Shown here: positions 17,151 to 27,524 of the stretch, piece after piece
Layout: each line of letters starts with the position of its first letter
Position numbering within the stretch: position 1 is the stretch's first letter
Assembly: GCA_041749135.1 (NCBI GenBank)
Contig: JBGTBW010000146.1
Coordinates: 9,573 to 73,572 of the forward strand
Length of the DNA: 64,000 nucleotides
Source of the DNA: Verrucomicrobiales bacterium
GTDB taxonomy: Bacteria; Verrucomicrobiota; Verrucomicrobiia; Verrucomicrobiales; DEV007
Direction: 5' to 3'
The notes under the pieces: model-generated
Databases searched by the model: none
What the model was told of the DNA's origin: nothing
Seen by the model: the letters and a program-made list of their open reading frames with translations, nothing else
Position numbers and translations under genes: made by a program

Positions 17151-17714
17151 ATGAGCTTGATACGACTGAACAAGTTACTGCTGTCCGGTTTCCTCCTTTT
17201 CTACGCCCAGTGCGCCGGCGCTGCGATCACGTCGGTCTACTACGTCGCCGACGGCGGCCTGCGTTCGGTCGCCTTCGACGGCACGCAATTCGTTAGCACC
17301 TTCGACCAATTGGAGGTCTTGAGTCCCAATTGGACGGCGATGAGCTACGACTCGGCCGCCGATCGCATGTATTACGTCGCCGACGGCGCCCTGCGTTCGG
17401 TCGGCTTCGACGGCACGCAGTTTCTTGGCACCTTCGACCAGTTGGAGGTCTTGAGTCCCAATTGGACGGCGATGAGCTACGACTCGGCCGCCGCCCTCAT
17501 GTACTACGTCGCCGACGGCGGCCTGCGTTCGGTCGGCTTCGACGGCACGCAATTCGTTGGCACCTTCGACCAGTGGGAGGTCTTGAGTCCCAACTGGACG
17601 GCAATGTCCCTCGTCTTCGATCCCATCCCGGAACCCACCACGATCGTCCTTCTCGGGCTGGGTCTGGCCGGCGTCGCTACCTTACGTCGCCGCATCAACC
17701 GTGATGCCGCTTGA
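17151..17714 (+). CDS. PEP-CTERM (exosortase-sorted) surface protein with three internal ~44-aa tandem repeats
   Basis: Signal peptide MSLIRLNKLLLSGFLLFYAQCAGAA. C-terminal PEP-CTERM sorting motif DPIPEPTTIVLLGLGLAGVATLRRR. Three repeats YYVADGxLRSVxFDGTQFxxTFDQxEVLSPNWTAMS. Confidence 0.8.
   Translation: MSLIRLNKLLLSGFLLFYAQCAGAAITSVYYVADGGLRSVAFDGTQFVSTFDQLEVLSPNWTAMSYDSAADRMYYVADGALRSVGFDGTQFLGTFDQLEVLSPNWTAMSYDSAAALMYYVADGGLRSVGFDGTQFVGTFDQWEVLSPNWTAMSLVFDPIPEPTTIVLLGLGLAGVATLRRRINRDAA
17220..17615 (+). repeat. Three direct tandem copies of a ~132-bp unit (~95% identical) inside the PEP-CTERM gene
   Basis: Seen directly: ctacgtcgccgacggcg(g/c)cctgcgttcggtcg(c/g)cttcgacggcacgca...ttggaggtcttgagtcccaattggacggcgatgagctacgactcggccgcc occurs three times in register. 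Confidence 0.85.
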
Positions 17715-17918
17715 GTTCTCCCAGCGCCGGGTGGCCGACCGCAGTCGTGCCGCTTCCATGGATGCACGAATGAGAAGGGAGAAAGCCGGCGACTTCAGCG
17801 CCTCCAGCAGCACCATGTTCAACCCCCTCCAACCACCCCTCTACCCAAGCGGAATAGCCAGGCCATGAGAAGCGAATTCCTGCTGCAGGAAAACCCCCGT
17901 CCGACGTAGACTGGTCCC

Positions 17919-18926
17919 ATGGAACGACGCACATTCCTCGCCGGCGGGTCCACCCTGCTCCTCGGGGCGGCAGGCCGCGACCGGCTCAAGGCTGGCCAGA
18001 TCGGCACTGAACACTCGCATGCGGCCGGGAAGATGGAGGCGCTGCGCCGGCTCAACGAGAGTTTCGAAGTCGTCGGTCTCGCCGGCGACGGCAAGGACAA
18101 GGCCTACGACGGCCTCCCCCGCCTCGCCGAGAAGGACCTGCTCGCGCGGGAAGACGTCGCGTTCGTCTCCGTGGAGACCGCCATCGGCGACGCCACCGCG
18201 ACGGCGCTCCGCGCGATCGAGGCCGGGAAGCACGTCCACCTGGACAAGCCCGGGGGGACCGACGTCGCCGCGTTCCGTGCGATGCGCTTCCTCGCCCGCG
18301 ACCGAAAGCTCGTCGTCCAGATGGGCTACATGCTCCGCCACAACCCCGCCTTCGAGCTGCTCTTCAAGGCCGTCCGCCAGGGCTGGCTCGGCGACGTGCT
18401 CGAAGTGACGGCGACCATGGGCAAGCTCGCGGGCGCCGACGCCCGCAAGACCCTGGCCGGCTACCCCGGCGCGGGCATGTTCGAACTCGCCTGCCACCTC
18501 GTCGATGCGACCCTCACCGTGCTCGGCCCGCCCGCGAATGTCTCGAACTTCTCGCGCGCTACGGGAACCGACGCTCTCCCCGACAACCAACTCGCCGTCC
18601 TCGAGTGGCCCAAGGCCCTCGCGACGCTGCGCTCGAACCACGCCGACCCCGACGGTTTCGCCCGCCGCGCCTTCGAGGTCGTCGGCGCCCAGGGCAGCGT
18701 ACGCATCGCCCCGCTCGAGTCGGGAAAGCTCACGCTCTCGCTGTCCCGAAAGAACGCCGACTTCGACAAGGGCACTCATGTCCTGACGCTGAAGCTGCCG
18801 GCGGGCCGCTACGACGGTGAGTTCCTACACCTCGCCCGCGCGCTCCGCGGCGAGGAGCCCTTCGGCTGGAGCGCCGAGCACGACGTCGCGGTGCTCGAGA
18901 CGGCGCTCAAGGCCGCGGGGGCCTGA
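17919..18926 (+). CDS. Gfo/Idh/MocA-family NAD(P)-dependent oxidoreductase with a twin-arginine signal
   Basis: MERRTFLAGGSTLLLGAA (Tat-like RRxFLxG). Rossmann-like N-terminus followed by the EKP-motif region (HLDKPGG). Confidence 0.65.
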   Translation: MERRTFLAGGSTLLLGAAGRDRLKAGQIGTEHSHAAGKMEALRRLNESFEVVGLAGDGKDKAYDGLPRLAEKDLLAREDVAFVSVETAIGDATATALRAIEAGKHVHLDKPGGTDVAAFRAMRFLARDRKLVVQMGYMLRHNPAFELLFKAVRQGWLGDVLEVTATMGKLAGADARKTLAGYPGAGMFELACHLVDATLTVLGPPANVSNFSRATGTDALPDNQLAVLEWPKALATLRSNHADPDGFARRAFEVVGAQGSVRIAPLESGKLTLSLSRKNADFDKGTHVLTLKLPAGRYDGEFLHLARALRGEEPFGWSAEHDVAVLETALKAAGA

Positions 18927-19021
18927 GCCCGCGTGCTTCCGCTCCTGCTGACGCTCCATCAGTCGAGATGGCCAGGCTATGAGAAGCGAATTCCATCTAG
19001 CAGGCGCATGAGGAGACCGGC

Positions 19022-20623
19022 ATGGAAAGTCAACTGCGCGCCGCCGACCTCACGGTTCTCCTGCTCTACATGGCGGGCGTGTTCGGCCTGGGCTGCTGGT
19101 TCTCTCGCAAGAGCGGCGCCACGGAGGAATTCATGGCGGCGGGACGCTCGCTACCGGGCTGGGCGGTGGGCCTGTCCATCTTCGGCACCTACGTGAGCAG
19201 CATCGCCTTTCTCGGGAACACGGGAAAGGCCTTCAGCGGAAACTGGAACTCGTGGGTGTTCGGGCTATCGCTGCCGCTCGCGGCGCTCGTCGCAGTGCGG
19301 TATTTCGTGCCGTTGTATCGGAGCGGCGACGCGATCTCGGCGTATTACCATCTCGAGCAGCGGTTCGGTCCGTGGGCGCGGACGTATGCGTTGATCTGTT
19401 ACCTTTTGTCGCAACTGGCGCGCGTTGGGACGATCCTCTACCTGGTCGCGCTGGCGCTCGCCCCGCTGACGGGGTGGGACATCAAGATGATCATTCTCGT
19501 CACGGGGGTTCTCGTGACAGTCTACACACTGCTGGGCGGGATCGAGGCGGTGATCTGGACGGACGTCGTGCAGAGCGTGGTCCTTATCGCGGGGGCCGTC
19601 CTGTGCGCCGTGGTGTTGCTCGTGGAAATGCCGGGCGGAGCGGGCCGGCTGTTCGAAGTGGCGGCCGCGCACGACAAGTTCAGTCTCGGAGGATTCGATG
19701 TCAGTGCGCGGTCGGTCACGCTGCCGGAACCGACTTTCTGGATCGTTCTGATCTACGGGCTGTTCATCAACCTGCAGAACTTCGGCATCGACCAGAGCTT
19801 CGTGCAGCGCTACGTCACGGCGAGAACGGATCGGGACGCGCGATTCAGTGTCTGGCTAGGGGCGCTCCTGTTCCCGGTAGTCTCCGCGTTTTTCTTTTTC
19901 ATCGGGACGGGCCTCTTCAGTCTCTACGAGAACGATCCGGCGATGCTGGACGAAGTGAGGACGCAAGTGGCGGAGACGCGGCTGGCGCAGGCGGGCGAAG
20001 CGGTCACAGAGGAATCCGTCGCGGCGACGGCGGCGGCGCTGACGGCCGGAGATATCGGGGACAAGGTGCTGCCGCACTTCATCGTGAACCGGCTGCCGAT
20101 GGGTCTGGCCGGGCTGCTGATCGCGGCGATCTTCGCGGCGGCGATGAGCAGCGTCGACACGAGCCTGAACAGTGGCGCGACGCTGATTCTCTGCGACGTC
20201 TACAAGCGCTACTTTCGCCCGGAAGCGGGCGAGCGGGAATCGATGAAGGTGCTCTACATCGCGACGCTGGTGTTCGGCGTGATGGGTTCCTTCACGGCGG
20301 TGGCGATGATGCGGGTGAAGAGCGCGCTCGATGCGTGGTGGAATCTGCAGGGGATTTTCACGGGCGGCATGCTAGGGCTGTTCCTGCTGGGCATGATATC
20401 GAGGCGCGCGAAGAATCCGCAGGCTGTCCTGGCGGTGGCGGCCGGGATCCTGCTCATCCTGTGGATGTCGCTGTCGGTGACGGCACGCTGGCCCGCCGCG
20501 TGGGCCGGGTGGGCAAACCCGCTGCATCCGTTCCTAACGATCGTCATCGGGACGTCGTCGATCGTGCTCACCGGCGTCGTGGCGGCGCGTCTCTGCGAGG
20601 GGCGCCGGAACGCCGAAGCGTGA
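19022..20623 (+). CDS. Sodium:solute symporter family (SSF) transporter
   Basis: 533 aa with ~13 hydrophobic segments and the typical SSF N-terminus (LLYMAGVFGLGCWFSRK...GRSLPGWAVGLSIFGTYVSSIAFLG). Confidence 0.8.
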   Translation: MESQLRAADLTVLLLYMAGVFGLGCWFSRKSGATEEFMAAGRSLPGWAVGLSIFGTYVSSIAFLGNTGKAFSGNWNSWVFGLSLPLAALVAVRYFVPLYRSGDAISAYYHLEQRFGPWARTYALICYLLSQLARVGTILYLVALALAPLTGWDIKMIILVTGVLVTVYTLLGGIEAVIWTDVVQSVVLIAGAVLCAVVLLVEMPGGAGRLFEVAAAHDKFSLGGFDVSARSVTLPEPTFWIVLIYGLFINLQNFGIDQSFVQRYVTARTDRDARFSVWLGALLFPVVSAFFFFIGTGLFSLYENDPAMLDEVRTQVAETRLAQAGEAVTEESVAATAAALTAGDIGDKVLPHFIVNRLPMGLAGLLIAAIFAAAMSSVDTSLNSGATLILCDVYKRYFRPEAGERESMKVLYIATLVFGVMGSFTAVAMMRVKSALDAWWNLQGIFTGGMLGLFLLGMISRRAKNPQAVLAVAAGILLILWMSLSVTARWPAAWAGWANPLHPFLTIVIGTSSIVLTGVVAARLCEGRRNAEA

Positions 20624-20697
20624 CCAGGAGCGGCCGGCGACTGATGCCGCGATTTGCCTCTATACACCGGAAGCCTGCCGCGTTTAGCTTCCGGGAC

Positions 20698-21258
20698 ATG
20701 GCGAAGATCCTGATGCCGATCGGAGACGCCACCGAGGCGCTCGACACTTTTTATGCGTATTACCGTCTGCCGGAAGACGGCTACGAGGTGGTGGTGGCGG
20801 GGCCGGAAGCGCGCCTCTATCACACGGTGCTGCACGAGATTCCGCCAAACCCGGAGGTGCCGTGGGACATCACGCAGGAGCGGCCGGGGTATCACCTGCA
20901 GGCGGCGCTCGCCTTCGCGGACATGCGCGCGGGCGAATTTGCGGGGGCGTTCATCTCGGGAGGGCGGGCGCCCGAGTATATCCGGTATGATGCGAATCTG
21001 CGGCGGGTGATCCGGGAGATTGCGGAAGCGGGCAAGCCGATCGCGTGCCTGTGTCACGGGATCGAGATCCTGACGGCGGCGGGATGCATCGGGGGGAAGC
21101 GGGTGGCGACGGTTCCAAAGTGCGCGATGGACGCGGAGCAGGGTGGCGCGATCTACGCGGACGAGGACGTGGTGGTGGACGGCCTGCTGGTGACGGGGCG
21201 GGGTTATGGGCAGAACACGGCGGTGCTGAAGGAATTCATCCGGATGCTCGAAGCGTAG
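20698..21258 (+). CDS. DJ-1/PfpI-family protein
   Basis: MAKILMPIGDATE...KPIACLCHGIEILTAAGCIGGKRVAT has a nucleophile-elbow Cys in a DJ-1/PfpI-like context. It sits in the 3' part of a longer spurious 19252-21258 frame. Confidence 0.7.
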   Translation: MAKILMPIGDATEALDTFYAYYRLPEDGYEVVVAGPEARLYHTVLHEIPPNPEVPWDITQERPGYHLQAALAFADMRAGEFAGAFISGGRAPEYIRYDANLRRVIREIAEAGKPIACLCHGIEILTAAGCIGGKRVATVPKCAMDAEQGGAIYADEDVVVDGLLVTGRGYGQNTAVLKEFIRMLEA

Positions 21259-21265
21259 AGGTGAA

Positions 21266-22096
21266 GTGAAGCTGTCCCTTTCGACGCGGATCGCCGAGGG
21301 TTTCCTGTCCAAGGAGGAAGCCGTCATGAGCCTGCCGGAGCTGGCGGAGGTCGCGTTGGAGGCCGGCTTCGGGGCCATCTGCATGCGGGCCTCGCAGGTG
21401 GGCGTGCATTCGCCGCCGGCGAAAGTCGCGGAGGCGCGGGAGATCGTGGTGGAGCGTGGCCTCGGCGTAAGCATGGTGTCGGGCGATTTCGATATCGTCT
21501 ACAACAACGAGCGCGGTCCGGCCTGCCTCCGGAACATCGGCCCCTACCTCGACCTGGCGGAGGCGCTCGGCGCGCCAATGGTGCGCGTCTGCATCAAGGC
21601 GGAGGACGACCTGGCGGCAGCGCGGGAGGCCGCGGACGCGGCGGGCGCGCGCGGATTGAAGCTGGTGCACCAGTGTCACGTGCAGAGTCTCTTCGAGACG
21701 GCGGACAGCATCGAGCGCGCGCTGGAGCGGATCGACCGGGAAAATTTCGGCTTGATATTCGAGGCGGCGAACCTGGAGCAATGCGGGCAGGATTACGGTG
21801 TGGAGGTGATCCGGCGGCTCGCGCCATGGATTGCGAACGTGTATCTCCAGAACGAGATCCTGAAGCCGGACGGAGCGGTGACGCTGGAGACGCGGCGCCG
21901 TGGCCCGGTCTCGTTCGACATCATCCAGGTGCACGAACCCGGCGGAATCGATTTCACGCGGGTGTTCGAGGGGCTGCGGGCGATCGGATATGACGGGATG
22001 GTGACTGTACACCAGTCGGCGCCGGCGGACGGCGGGATTACCGCCCGTGAAGCGGCTGCGCGGACGGCGGCGTATTTGCGGGGACTTATGGGATAG
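21266..22096 (+). CDS. Sugar phosphate isomerase/epimerase (xylose-isomerase-like TIM barrel)
   Basis: MKLSLSTRIAEG...MVRVCIKAED...LVHQCHVQSLFETADSIERAL...FEAANLEQ pattern. Starts 7 nt after the DJ-1 gene. Confidence 0.7.
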   Translation: MKLSLSTRIAEGFLSKEEAVMSLPELAEVALEAGFGAICMRASQVGVHSPPAKVAEAREIVVERGLGVSMVSGDFDIVYNNERGPACLRNIGPYLDLAEALGAPMVRVCIKAEDDLAAAREAADAAGARGLKLVHQCHVQSLFETADSIERALERIDRENFGLIFEAANLEQCGQDYGVEVIRRLAPWIANVYLQNEILKPDGAVTLETRRRGPVSFDIIQVHEPGGIDFTRVFEGLRAIGYDGMVTVHQSAPADGGITAREAAARTAAYLRGLMG

Positions 22097-22261
22097 GCCT
22101 GAGGGCGGATGCGTGCGATCCTTCGCGATTCGTTGATCGCGGACCCTCCTCTAGCAAACCCGGCTCACGGATATCCGGCGGCGTACGACTCGGCCATTGA
22201 CCTGCTGGCAGAGTGCAGGGGTGCGGTTCTATGGTATGCTGCGCTTTAGAAAGGCATCGTT

Positions 22262-23146
22262 ATGCGAAAGGCGTTGGCGTTTTGTGTTGTGATTTCCACC
22301 TGCGGTGCGGCCGGCCTGCACAGTGCGCTCGCCGAAGAATCCCTTGAGCCCTGGGTTGAGCCCATGCGGGAGGTCCACAGCCGCTTTAACGGCCGAGCAG
22401 GCACATTGGCGTTGTTTGGGGACTCGATCACCGTCAGCATGGCTTTCTGGGCTCCGTTGGCTCCGGGCTCTCTCGATGCGCCCGAAGCCTGGAAGCCATC
22501 TCTCGACCTAGTCAGAGTCTATCAACGCGAGGAATGCTGGCGCGCGTGGCGCGGTCCGGAATTCGGAAACGAGGGGCGTATGACGATCCGCTGGGCTCGC
22601 GAAAACATCGATGCCTGGCTCGAGAAACTGAATCCGGAGGCTGCGGTGGTGATGTTCGGGACGAATGATCTTGGGGAGTTGGAACGCGACGAGTATGAGG
22701 CGAAGACGCGGCAGGTTATTGAGCGTTGTCTGAACAACGGGACCGTGCCGTTGTTGACCACGATTCCGCCGCGGAGCGGGATGGCGGGCAAGGCATCGGA
22801 TTTTGCCGAGACAGTGCGGGGCATCGCGAAAGACCTGAAGGTCCCTTTGATCGACTATCATGCGGAGCTTCTGCGGCGACGGCCTTCGGACTGGGACGGA
22901 TCCTTGCCGCAGTTCCGGGAGGCGGTGGAGGCCGGCGGAAGCGAGTATGAGGCGCCCGCTCCCATCTCGGCCGATGGCGTGCATCCTTCGAATCCGCGGG
23001 CGCATCAGGACTATTCGGAGGAAAGTCTGAGCAACAACGGTTTTGCGCTGCGCAACTATGTGACCCTAGTGCGATATGCCGGCGTGATCGAGCTTGTATT
23101 CAAACCTGTTCGCAAGGAAGGCGGGCGCGAGTCCGACTCGCGTTGA
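22262..23146 (+). CDS. Secreted SGNH/GDSL-family hydrolase
   Basis: Signal peptide, then catalytic blocks FGDSIT (block I Ser), FGTNDL (block III) and DGVHPS (block V His). Confidence 0.8.
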   Translation: MRKALAFCVVISTCGAAGLHSALAEESLEPWVEPMREVHSRFNGRAGTLALFGDSITVSMAFWAPLAPGSLDAPEAWKPSLDLVRVYQREECWRAWRGPEFGNEGRMTIRWARENIDAWLEKLNPEAAVVMFGTNDLGELERDEYEAKTRQVIERCLNNGTVPLLTTIPPRSGMAGKASDFAETVRGIAKDLKVPLIDYHAELLRRRPSDWDGSLPQFREAVEAGGSEYEAPAPISADGVHPSNPRAHQDYSEESLSNNGFALRNYVTLVRYAGVIELVFKPVRKEGGRESDSR

Positions 23147-23166
23147 AGCTGAGGCGGCGTCCTCTT

Positions 23167-26100
23167 TTATCGGCGGACGCCGCGGTAGTAGCCGTCCGCC
23201 TTGCTCATGCGGTCCGGGTCATTGTCCATGAACTCCGTTCCGCCCGGGACATCGACGGCGATCGCCTCCCACGCAGCCGGCTCCATGGTCTCGGAGTACT
23301 CAACGTCCCAAGCGCCGCCGGCGGGTAGGGTCAAGGACAGACCTTCATCGGTCCAATGCACGTTCGAGAGCGGCGGCACGACGGCGCCTGGGGCCGGAGT
23401 CTGAACGGGGTTGCCGTCGGCGAGCGACAAACCGTTCAGCCCATAGTCATAGACCTGAGACGCTTCCCCTGCGCTGAGCGCACGGTTCCAGATCGCCACT
23501 TCCGACACCAGCCCGCTCCACATCTCGAGCCCGTTCTGCCCTCCCAGGTAAAGCGGCTGCGGGTTAATGGGCGTCCCCGTGATCGTCCGCGTCGCGATTT
23601 GGATCGCGTCGCGGTAATAGGTGAGGTTTGCGCCGTCTTTGACCACCAGGTTATGGGCCCATACGCCCACCGGGAACATCGTGGCCGCATCGCCTGCGTT
23701 CTCCCCAATCGCGTTGAAGTGCCATTCAAAGACTCGCGGCGTGATTTTGATGAATTCCCGGGGATCAAAGTCCGCACCGCTGGGAGCCCATCTGTTGCCG
23801 AACACGATGTTGTTGTTGTCCGTTTCAGCCGAGTTGGCCCAAAAACTCCAGGTGAACCCGTTTTCCAGCGTCATGCCTGGAAGGATCGTTCCGAAGTCGA
23901 CGTAAGACATCGCTGAAGACCCGTAGACGACTCCGCGCGCTGGGTCCTCGGTCCAAGTTCCGTCAGGCTGAATGATCGTGCCGTGGTTTTCGTTCCCGCT
24001 CGAATCCATTGCGACCGCTCCGGCGCCTTCGTTGAAGTGCCAGTATCCGAGCAGGCCGGGAACTCCACCGCTGGGCGCCGCCCGGATTCCGTAGAGCGAA
24101 CCGGTGTCAAAGCCTGCGTCGACGATGAAATTGGCTCCGCCGTGCGACGCTGGGTTGTCCGGGTCGGTCCAGTCTCCGTTGAAATAGCGCACGTCGACCG
24201 GATAGTATCCCGGAGACGGGAAGTTATAATTTCCGCTGACCGTCACGTTCCCGTGGCTATTGTCGTTGGCGATGACCAGTTGACCGGCGATGTAGAGCAC
24301 CGAGCCGTCGTCCGAGGTGAAGGTGAAGGTCTGCTGGCCTGGGGCATCGACTCTCAGGTATCCCTGGAAGCGCAAGACACCGTCGTCCAGGTTGCCTGCT
24401 GTACCTGGGCTGAGGGAGGCGGCGTCTGGACCGAGCCAGTTGGCAATCGGGGTGAGATCGTCGCCTTGGTAGTTAAACCTGGTCGCCGAGAAAGTTCCCG
24501 TAGCGTTGGTATTGAAGACGTTGTCGTCCGCCCAACCCGAGTTGGCTCCGCCGTCACCCGCGCGGTGCATGGGCTCGCCGTCGATTGGCACGGTTTTGGG
24601 GTCAAGATGCCAGTAGCTGGCGAGCAGACTGCCCTGGGGCCCGAGATCGTCGGGTTCATCGATGGGGGGCTCGACTTCCAGCCCCGCCATGTAGTTCACG
24701 GCGTTGAGAAATGCCGCAGCGCCGGTTGCGGTGAGGTTGTATTTGCCTGCGTCTCCGATGACGCTTCCATCCGGCTCACGGCTGCCTGCACAAAAGAGCA
24801 TCCGCGGTCCGGCTGCGACGGTCCCAGCGGGCCACTCGGCGACGACCACGCCGCCGCCGCCTGAGGCAATCCGTGTTCCTCCATTGATCACTGGATCGGT
24901 GGCAAGTGAAGTTCCGCGGTCCACCGCGACGTGCCAAGGAGCAGTGACTCCAACGTTGATCTCCAGGCCGTCGAAGACAGGGTGACCGGGCTGGTCGGCT
25001 TGTATTTGGGCCGGGGTGGCGTCGATGAGACCCTCGCCCCCAAACCAACCCCAGCGGCTGCTGCGGCTGTTATAGGGCGTCATTAGGATCAGCGGGGCTG
25101 TGATGAGATCGTCCCAAACAGCGTGATTGAAGGTTCCGCTGGTGGTTTTGCGGCTCACTACGACGAGGTCAACGGCGTTGAGGACCGCCTGCTCTTCGGC
25201 TGTCGGATTTGAGATCAACATTTCTGTAACCGTATGACCCTGGGCGGTGAGGGCCTCCTTGAATTCCTGGCCCGCCGGAGTGTCCACTTCGCTGATCCAG
25301 ACGATAGTGCGTGGAGGAATGTCCGGCCCGGTATCCTGCACGATCCGGACATAGTCGAACCCCACGATTTCGTTCCACCAAGTGGTCAGTGCGGAGAAGC
25401 GGATCACGAGGTTCGTGGCTCCGTCGGGGATGTTGAAGACGGCCTCTTTGAACACGGGGTCCAAGCGAGTGGTCCCGTTGGTGAAGTACTTGTCGTTGGC
25501 GGTCGGTGCGGAGAAATGGGTTAAGACAGAGAAGTTGCCGCTGTTGTGGGGGTCGATCAGGATGTCAAGATAATCGCTGGTCTCGAAGTCCAGAGTGGTG
25601 GCGGCCAGAAGAACTTTGAGTTTGAGGCCGTTTTTGCCGCTGACGTTGACGGGGTTGAGGGTGAGGGTTTTGGGCGCCGTACCGTATTTATCCAGACCCG
25701 CACCAGCGAAGAATCCGGAGCCTTCGAACTCGAGAAAGGCTCCGCCGCCGAAGACCTGACCGCCTTCGTCCGGGCCATTGATGCACACGATCACCGGGCG
25801 CTCTTCGAGAACGGTTCGCGGCTTCTCGTATTTGGTGATAGCGATTTCTCCTTCGAGGTTGATCGGCAGCACGTCGAGCCCCACTCCCTCCCAGTCGGCC
25901 AACGGAGCCCAGACGCTCTGGTCGTCGAGGGGATCGTTCTGCCCTGTGCCAGGCTGTTGGGTGAAGAAGATTTCGGAGCCGAACTCGGCGGTTGGGCTGT
26001 AGGCTCTCCATTCGAATGCGTAGGCGCCCGCTGCGGCGAAGGTGAAGTCGCCATAATTCGTTGTCGCCTCTATCTGGTTAGCAATGATGGCGACCTGGTC

Positions 26101-27222
26101 CTGCTCGATGACTGGGTCATTCGCGTCGATGCCGTTCCCATTGGTATCGATCCGGAGGCTGCCGCCCCCTGCGACCCAAAGTGCAAACCCATAGGAGCCG
26201 GCGGATTTCACGCTGATCTGACCCGTGCCGGCGATGGCAAAGCTGCCGACGGGGTTTCCCGGAGGCTGACGGTCTCCGGCGATGCCGCCGCCAGAGAAAT
26301 TGCCGCTGGCTCCGCTCTCAAGGTCGGCGATGTTGGAAGTGCCCTCGTCGACCATCGTTTCGATTGTACCCGCGACCATCTGTGCGACTTCGGCAAGGTT
26401 TTCGACGGGCGGAATATCGACGATCGGATAGGTGGCGACGACGGCCGATCCTTCCGGAACGAGAGTTCCCGGCATGTGGAGGGGCACTTCGCCCGTGAAG
26501 AAGGGAAAGCTTCCGGTCAACCCGGCAGCGGCGGGGTGGTCTGGAAGCTGAACTGTCACGTTGCCGAGATTGAAGTTTCCCGTTTCGCCAATCGAACTGA
26601 CAAGCTCGTCATCGTGGTCGGGCCCATTGTAGGTGAGGTATGGGACGGGGTAATTGGTGAAACGGCTCGGGCTGGCGGCGAGGCTTGAGTGAATCACGAG
26701 GTCGAAGTTCGCGTTGGGAGGTACGGGGGTTGCCACGTCGTCCCCGGTGAACGTCGCACCCTTGGCGGTCAACCGTTCGACAATGATTTGGTCGCCGGGC
26801 CCTCCTGCCGGCGGAGACATGAGGACACGCAGATTGGTTTTGTCTTTTGTCAGCCACGCGATGGTGGCGTCGAGCATGGCGAGGCCCTGCGCGGACACCT
26901 GAGCGGGCTCCAGCTCGCTCGACCAAGCGATCACTGCGCGCCGGGCCGGCGTCGCCGCGGGGACGCCGACAAGGGAGACGTCAAAGCTATGGCCCCAGTA
27001 GACCGGGCCGACCTGTTCGACGTCATTGATTCCATTGCCCGGATGGTCTGCGACTTCCGAGATGAGGCCGCCGGCGACAGTATAGCGGGTTCCGGCCCCG
27101 TTACCGTTGAAACCTTCCTCGAAGAGGACGGTTTCTTCGGCGGAACCCGGCACGAGAGACAGTAAGAGAAAGAGTGCAACAACCAGCCTCTTGCTCGATT
27201 GAGGTCTGAGGATTTTGCGCAT
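23167..27222 (-). CDS. Large (1,351 aa) secreted protein with two PA14-like modules, a LamG (Laminin_G_3-like) domain and the C-terminal FYR-type tail
   Basis: Signal peptide MRKILRPQSSKRLVVALFLLLSLVPGSA. PA14-like FQGYLRVDAPGQQTFTFTSDDGSVLYIAGQLV...VDVRYFNG. LamG-like LLGYWHFNEGAGAVAMDSSGNENHGT...GFTWSFWAN...VAIWNRALS. Ends ...GAWDVEYSETMEPAAWEAIAV...GYYRGVRR. Confidence 0.8.
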   Translation of the reverse strand: MRKILRPQSSKRLVVALFLLLSLVPGSAEETVLFEEGFNGNGAGTRYTVAGGLISEVADHPGNGINDVEQVGPVYWGHSFDVSLVGVPAATPARRAVIAWSSELEPAQVSAQGLAMLDATIAWLTKDKTNLRVLMSPPAGGPGDQIIVERLTAKGATFTGDDVATPVPPNANFDLVIHSSLAASPSRFTNYPVPYLTYNGPDHDDELVSSIGETGNFNLGNVTVQLPDHPAAAGLTGSFPFFTGEVPLHMPGTLVPEGSAVVATYPIVDIPPVENLAEVAQMVAGTIETMVDEGTSNIADLESGASGNFSGGGIAGDRQPPGNPVGSFAIAGTGQISVKSAGSYGFALWVAGGGSLRIDTNGNGIDANDPVIEQDQVAIIANQIEATTNYGDFTFAAAGAYAFEWRAYSPTAEFGSEIFFTQQPGTGQNDPLDDQSVWAPLADWEGVGLDVLPINLEGEIAITKYEKPRTVLEERPVIVCINGPDEGGQVFGGGAFLEFEGSGFFAGAGLDKYGTAPKTLTLNPVNVSGKNGLKLKVLLAATTLDFETSDYLDILIDPHNSGNFSVLTHFSAPTANDKYFTNGTTRLDPVFKEAVFNIPDGATNLVIRFSALTTWWNEIVGFDYVRIVQDTGPDIPPRTIVWISEVDTPAGQEFKEALTAQGHTVTEMLISNPTAEEQAVLNAVDLVVVSRKTTSGTFNHAVWDDLITAPLILMTPYNSRSSRWGWFGGEGLIDATPAQIQADQPGHPVFDGLEINVGVTAPWHVAVDRGTSLATDPVINGGTRIASGGGGVVVAEWPAGTVAAGPRMLFCAGSREPDGSVIGDAGKYNLTATGAAAFLNAVNYMAGLEVEPPIDEPDDLGPQGSLLASYWHLDPKTVPIDGEPMHRAGDGGANSGWADDNVFNTNATGTFSATRFNYQGDDLTPIANWLGPDAASLSPGTAGNLDDGVLRFQGYLRVDAPGQQTFTFTSDDGSVLYIAGQLVIANDNSHGNVTVSGNYNFPSPGYYPVDVRYFNGDWTDPDNPASHGGANFIVDAGFDTGSLYGIRAAPSGGVPGLLGYWHFNEGAGAVAMDSSGNENHGTIIQPDGTWTEDPARGVVYGSSAMSYVDFGTILPGMTLENGFTWSFWANSAETDNNNIVFGNRWAPSGADFDPREFIKITPRVFEWHFNAIGENAGDAATMFPVGVWAHNLVVKDGANLTYYRDAIQIATRTITGTPINPQPLYLGGQNGLEMWSGLVSEVAIWNRALSAGEASQVYDYGLNGLSLADGNPVQTPAPGAVVPPLSNVHWTDEGLSLTLPAGGAWDVEYSETMEPAAWEAIAVDVPGGTEFMDNDPDRMSKADGYYRGVRR

Positions 27223-27524
27223 GGCGTGTCAATGCAGGCGGTTGAGTGAACACCAAGCGGCCGAGAGAGCGCCGGCGGACGCGATTCCTACGGGGGCTGG
27301 CGGACCGGCACGAGATTCCGTTCCCTGTCCGCCCGCATCCCCGCTGCCCAGCAGGCAGGAATAGCGGGGATGGAGTGGGCCAGACCGGCGACACCGTGAC
27401 GACGCGCGGATTTTGTGAAGAAAGCGCGTGTTTCGTCAAGATTTTCGATCTCGTCTTCTAATTTTTCTTAGGGTGAGGCGACCGGGATGGAGACCTCGAC
27501 GTCTACATCGCCCTCAACCGGCTT

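Noticed and set aside
17841-18779. 312-aa minus-strand ORF antisense to the Gfo/Idh/MocA gene
   Set aside because: It has no recognisable motifs. The plus-strand frame has a Tat signal and oxidoreductase features, so the minus-strand frame is a typical high-GC antisense ORF.
19252-21258. 668-aa ORF spanning the symporter and DJ-1 genes
   Set aside because: It is an out-of-frame, Arg/Gly-rich artefact of high GC content over the symporter gene. Only its last 187 codons (the DJ-1/PfpI protein, from 20698) are supported by recognisable motifs.
22197-22240. TTGACC ... TATGGT promoter-like hexamers upstream of the SGNH hydrolase gene
   Set aside because: The spacer is ~27 nt, far from the 17-nt sigma-70 optimum. 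A chance match.
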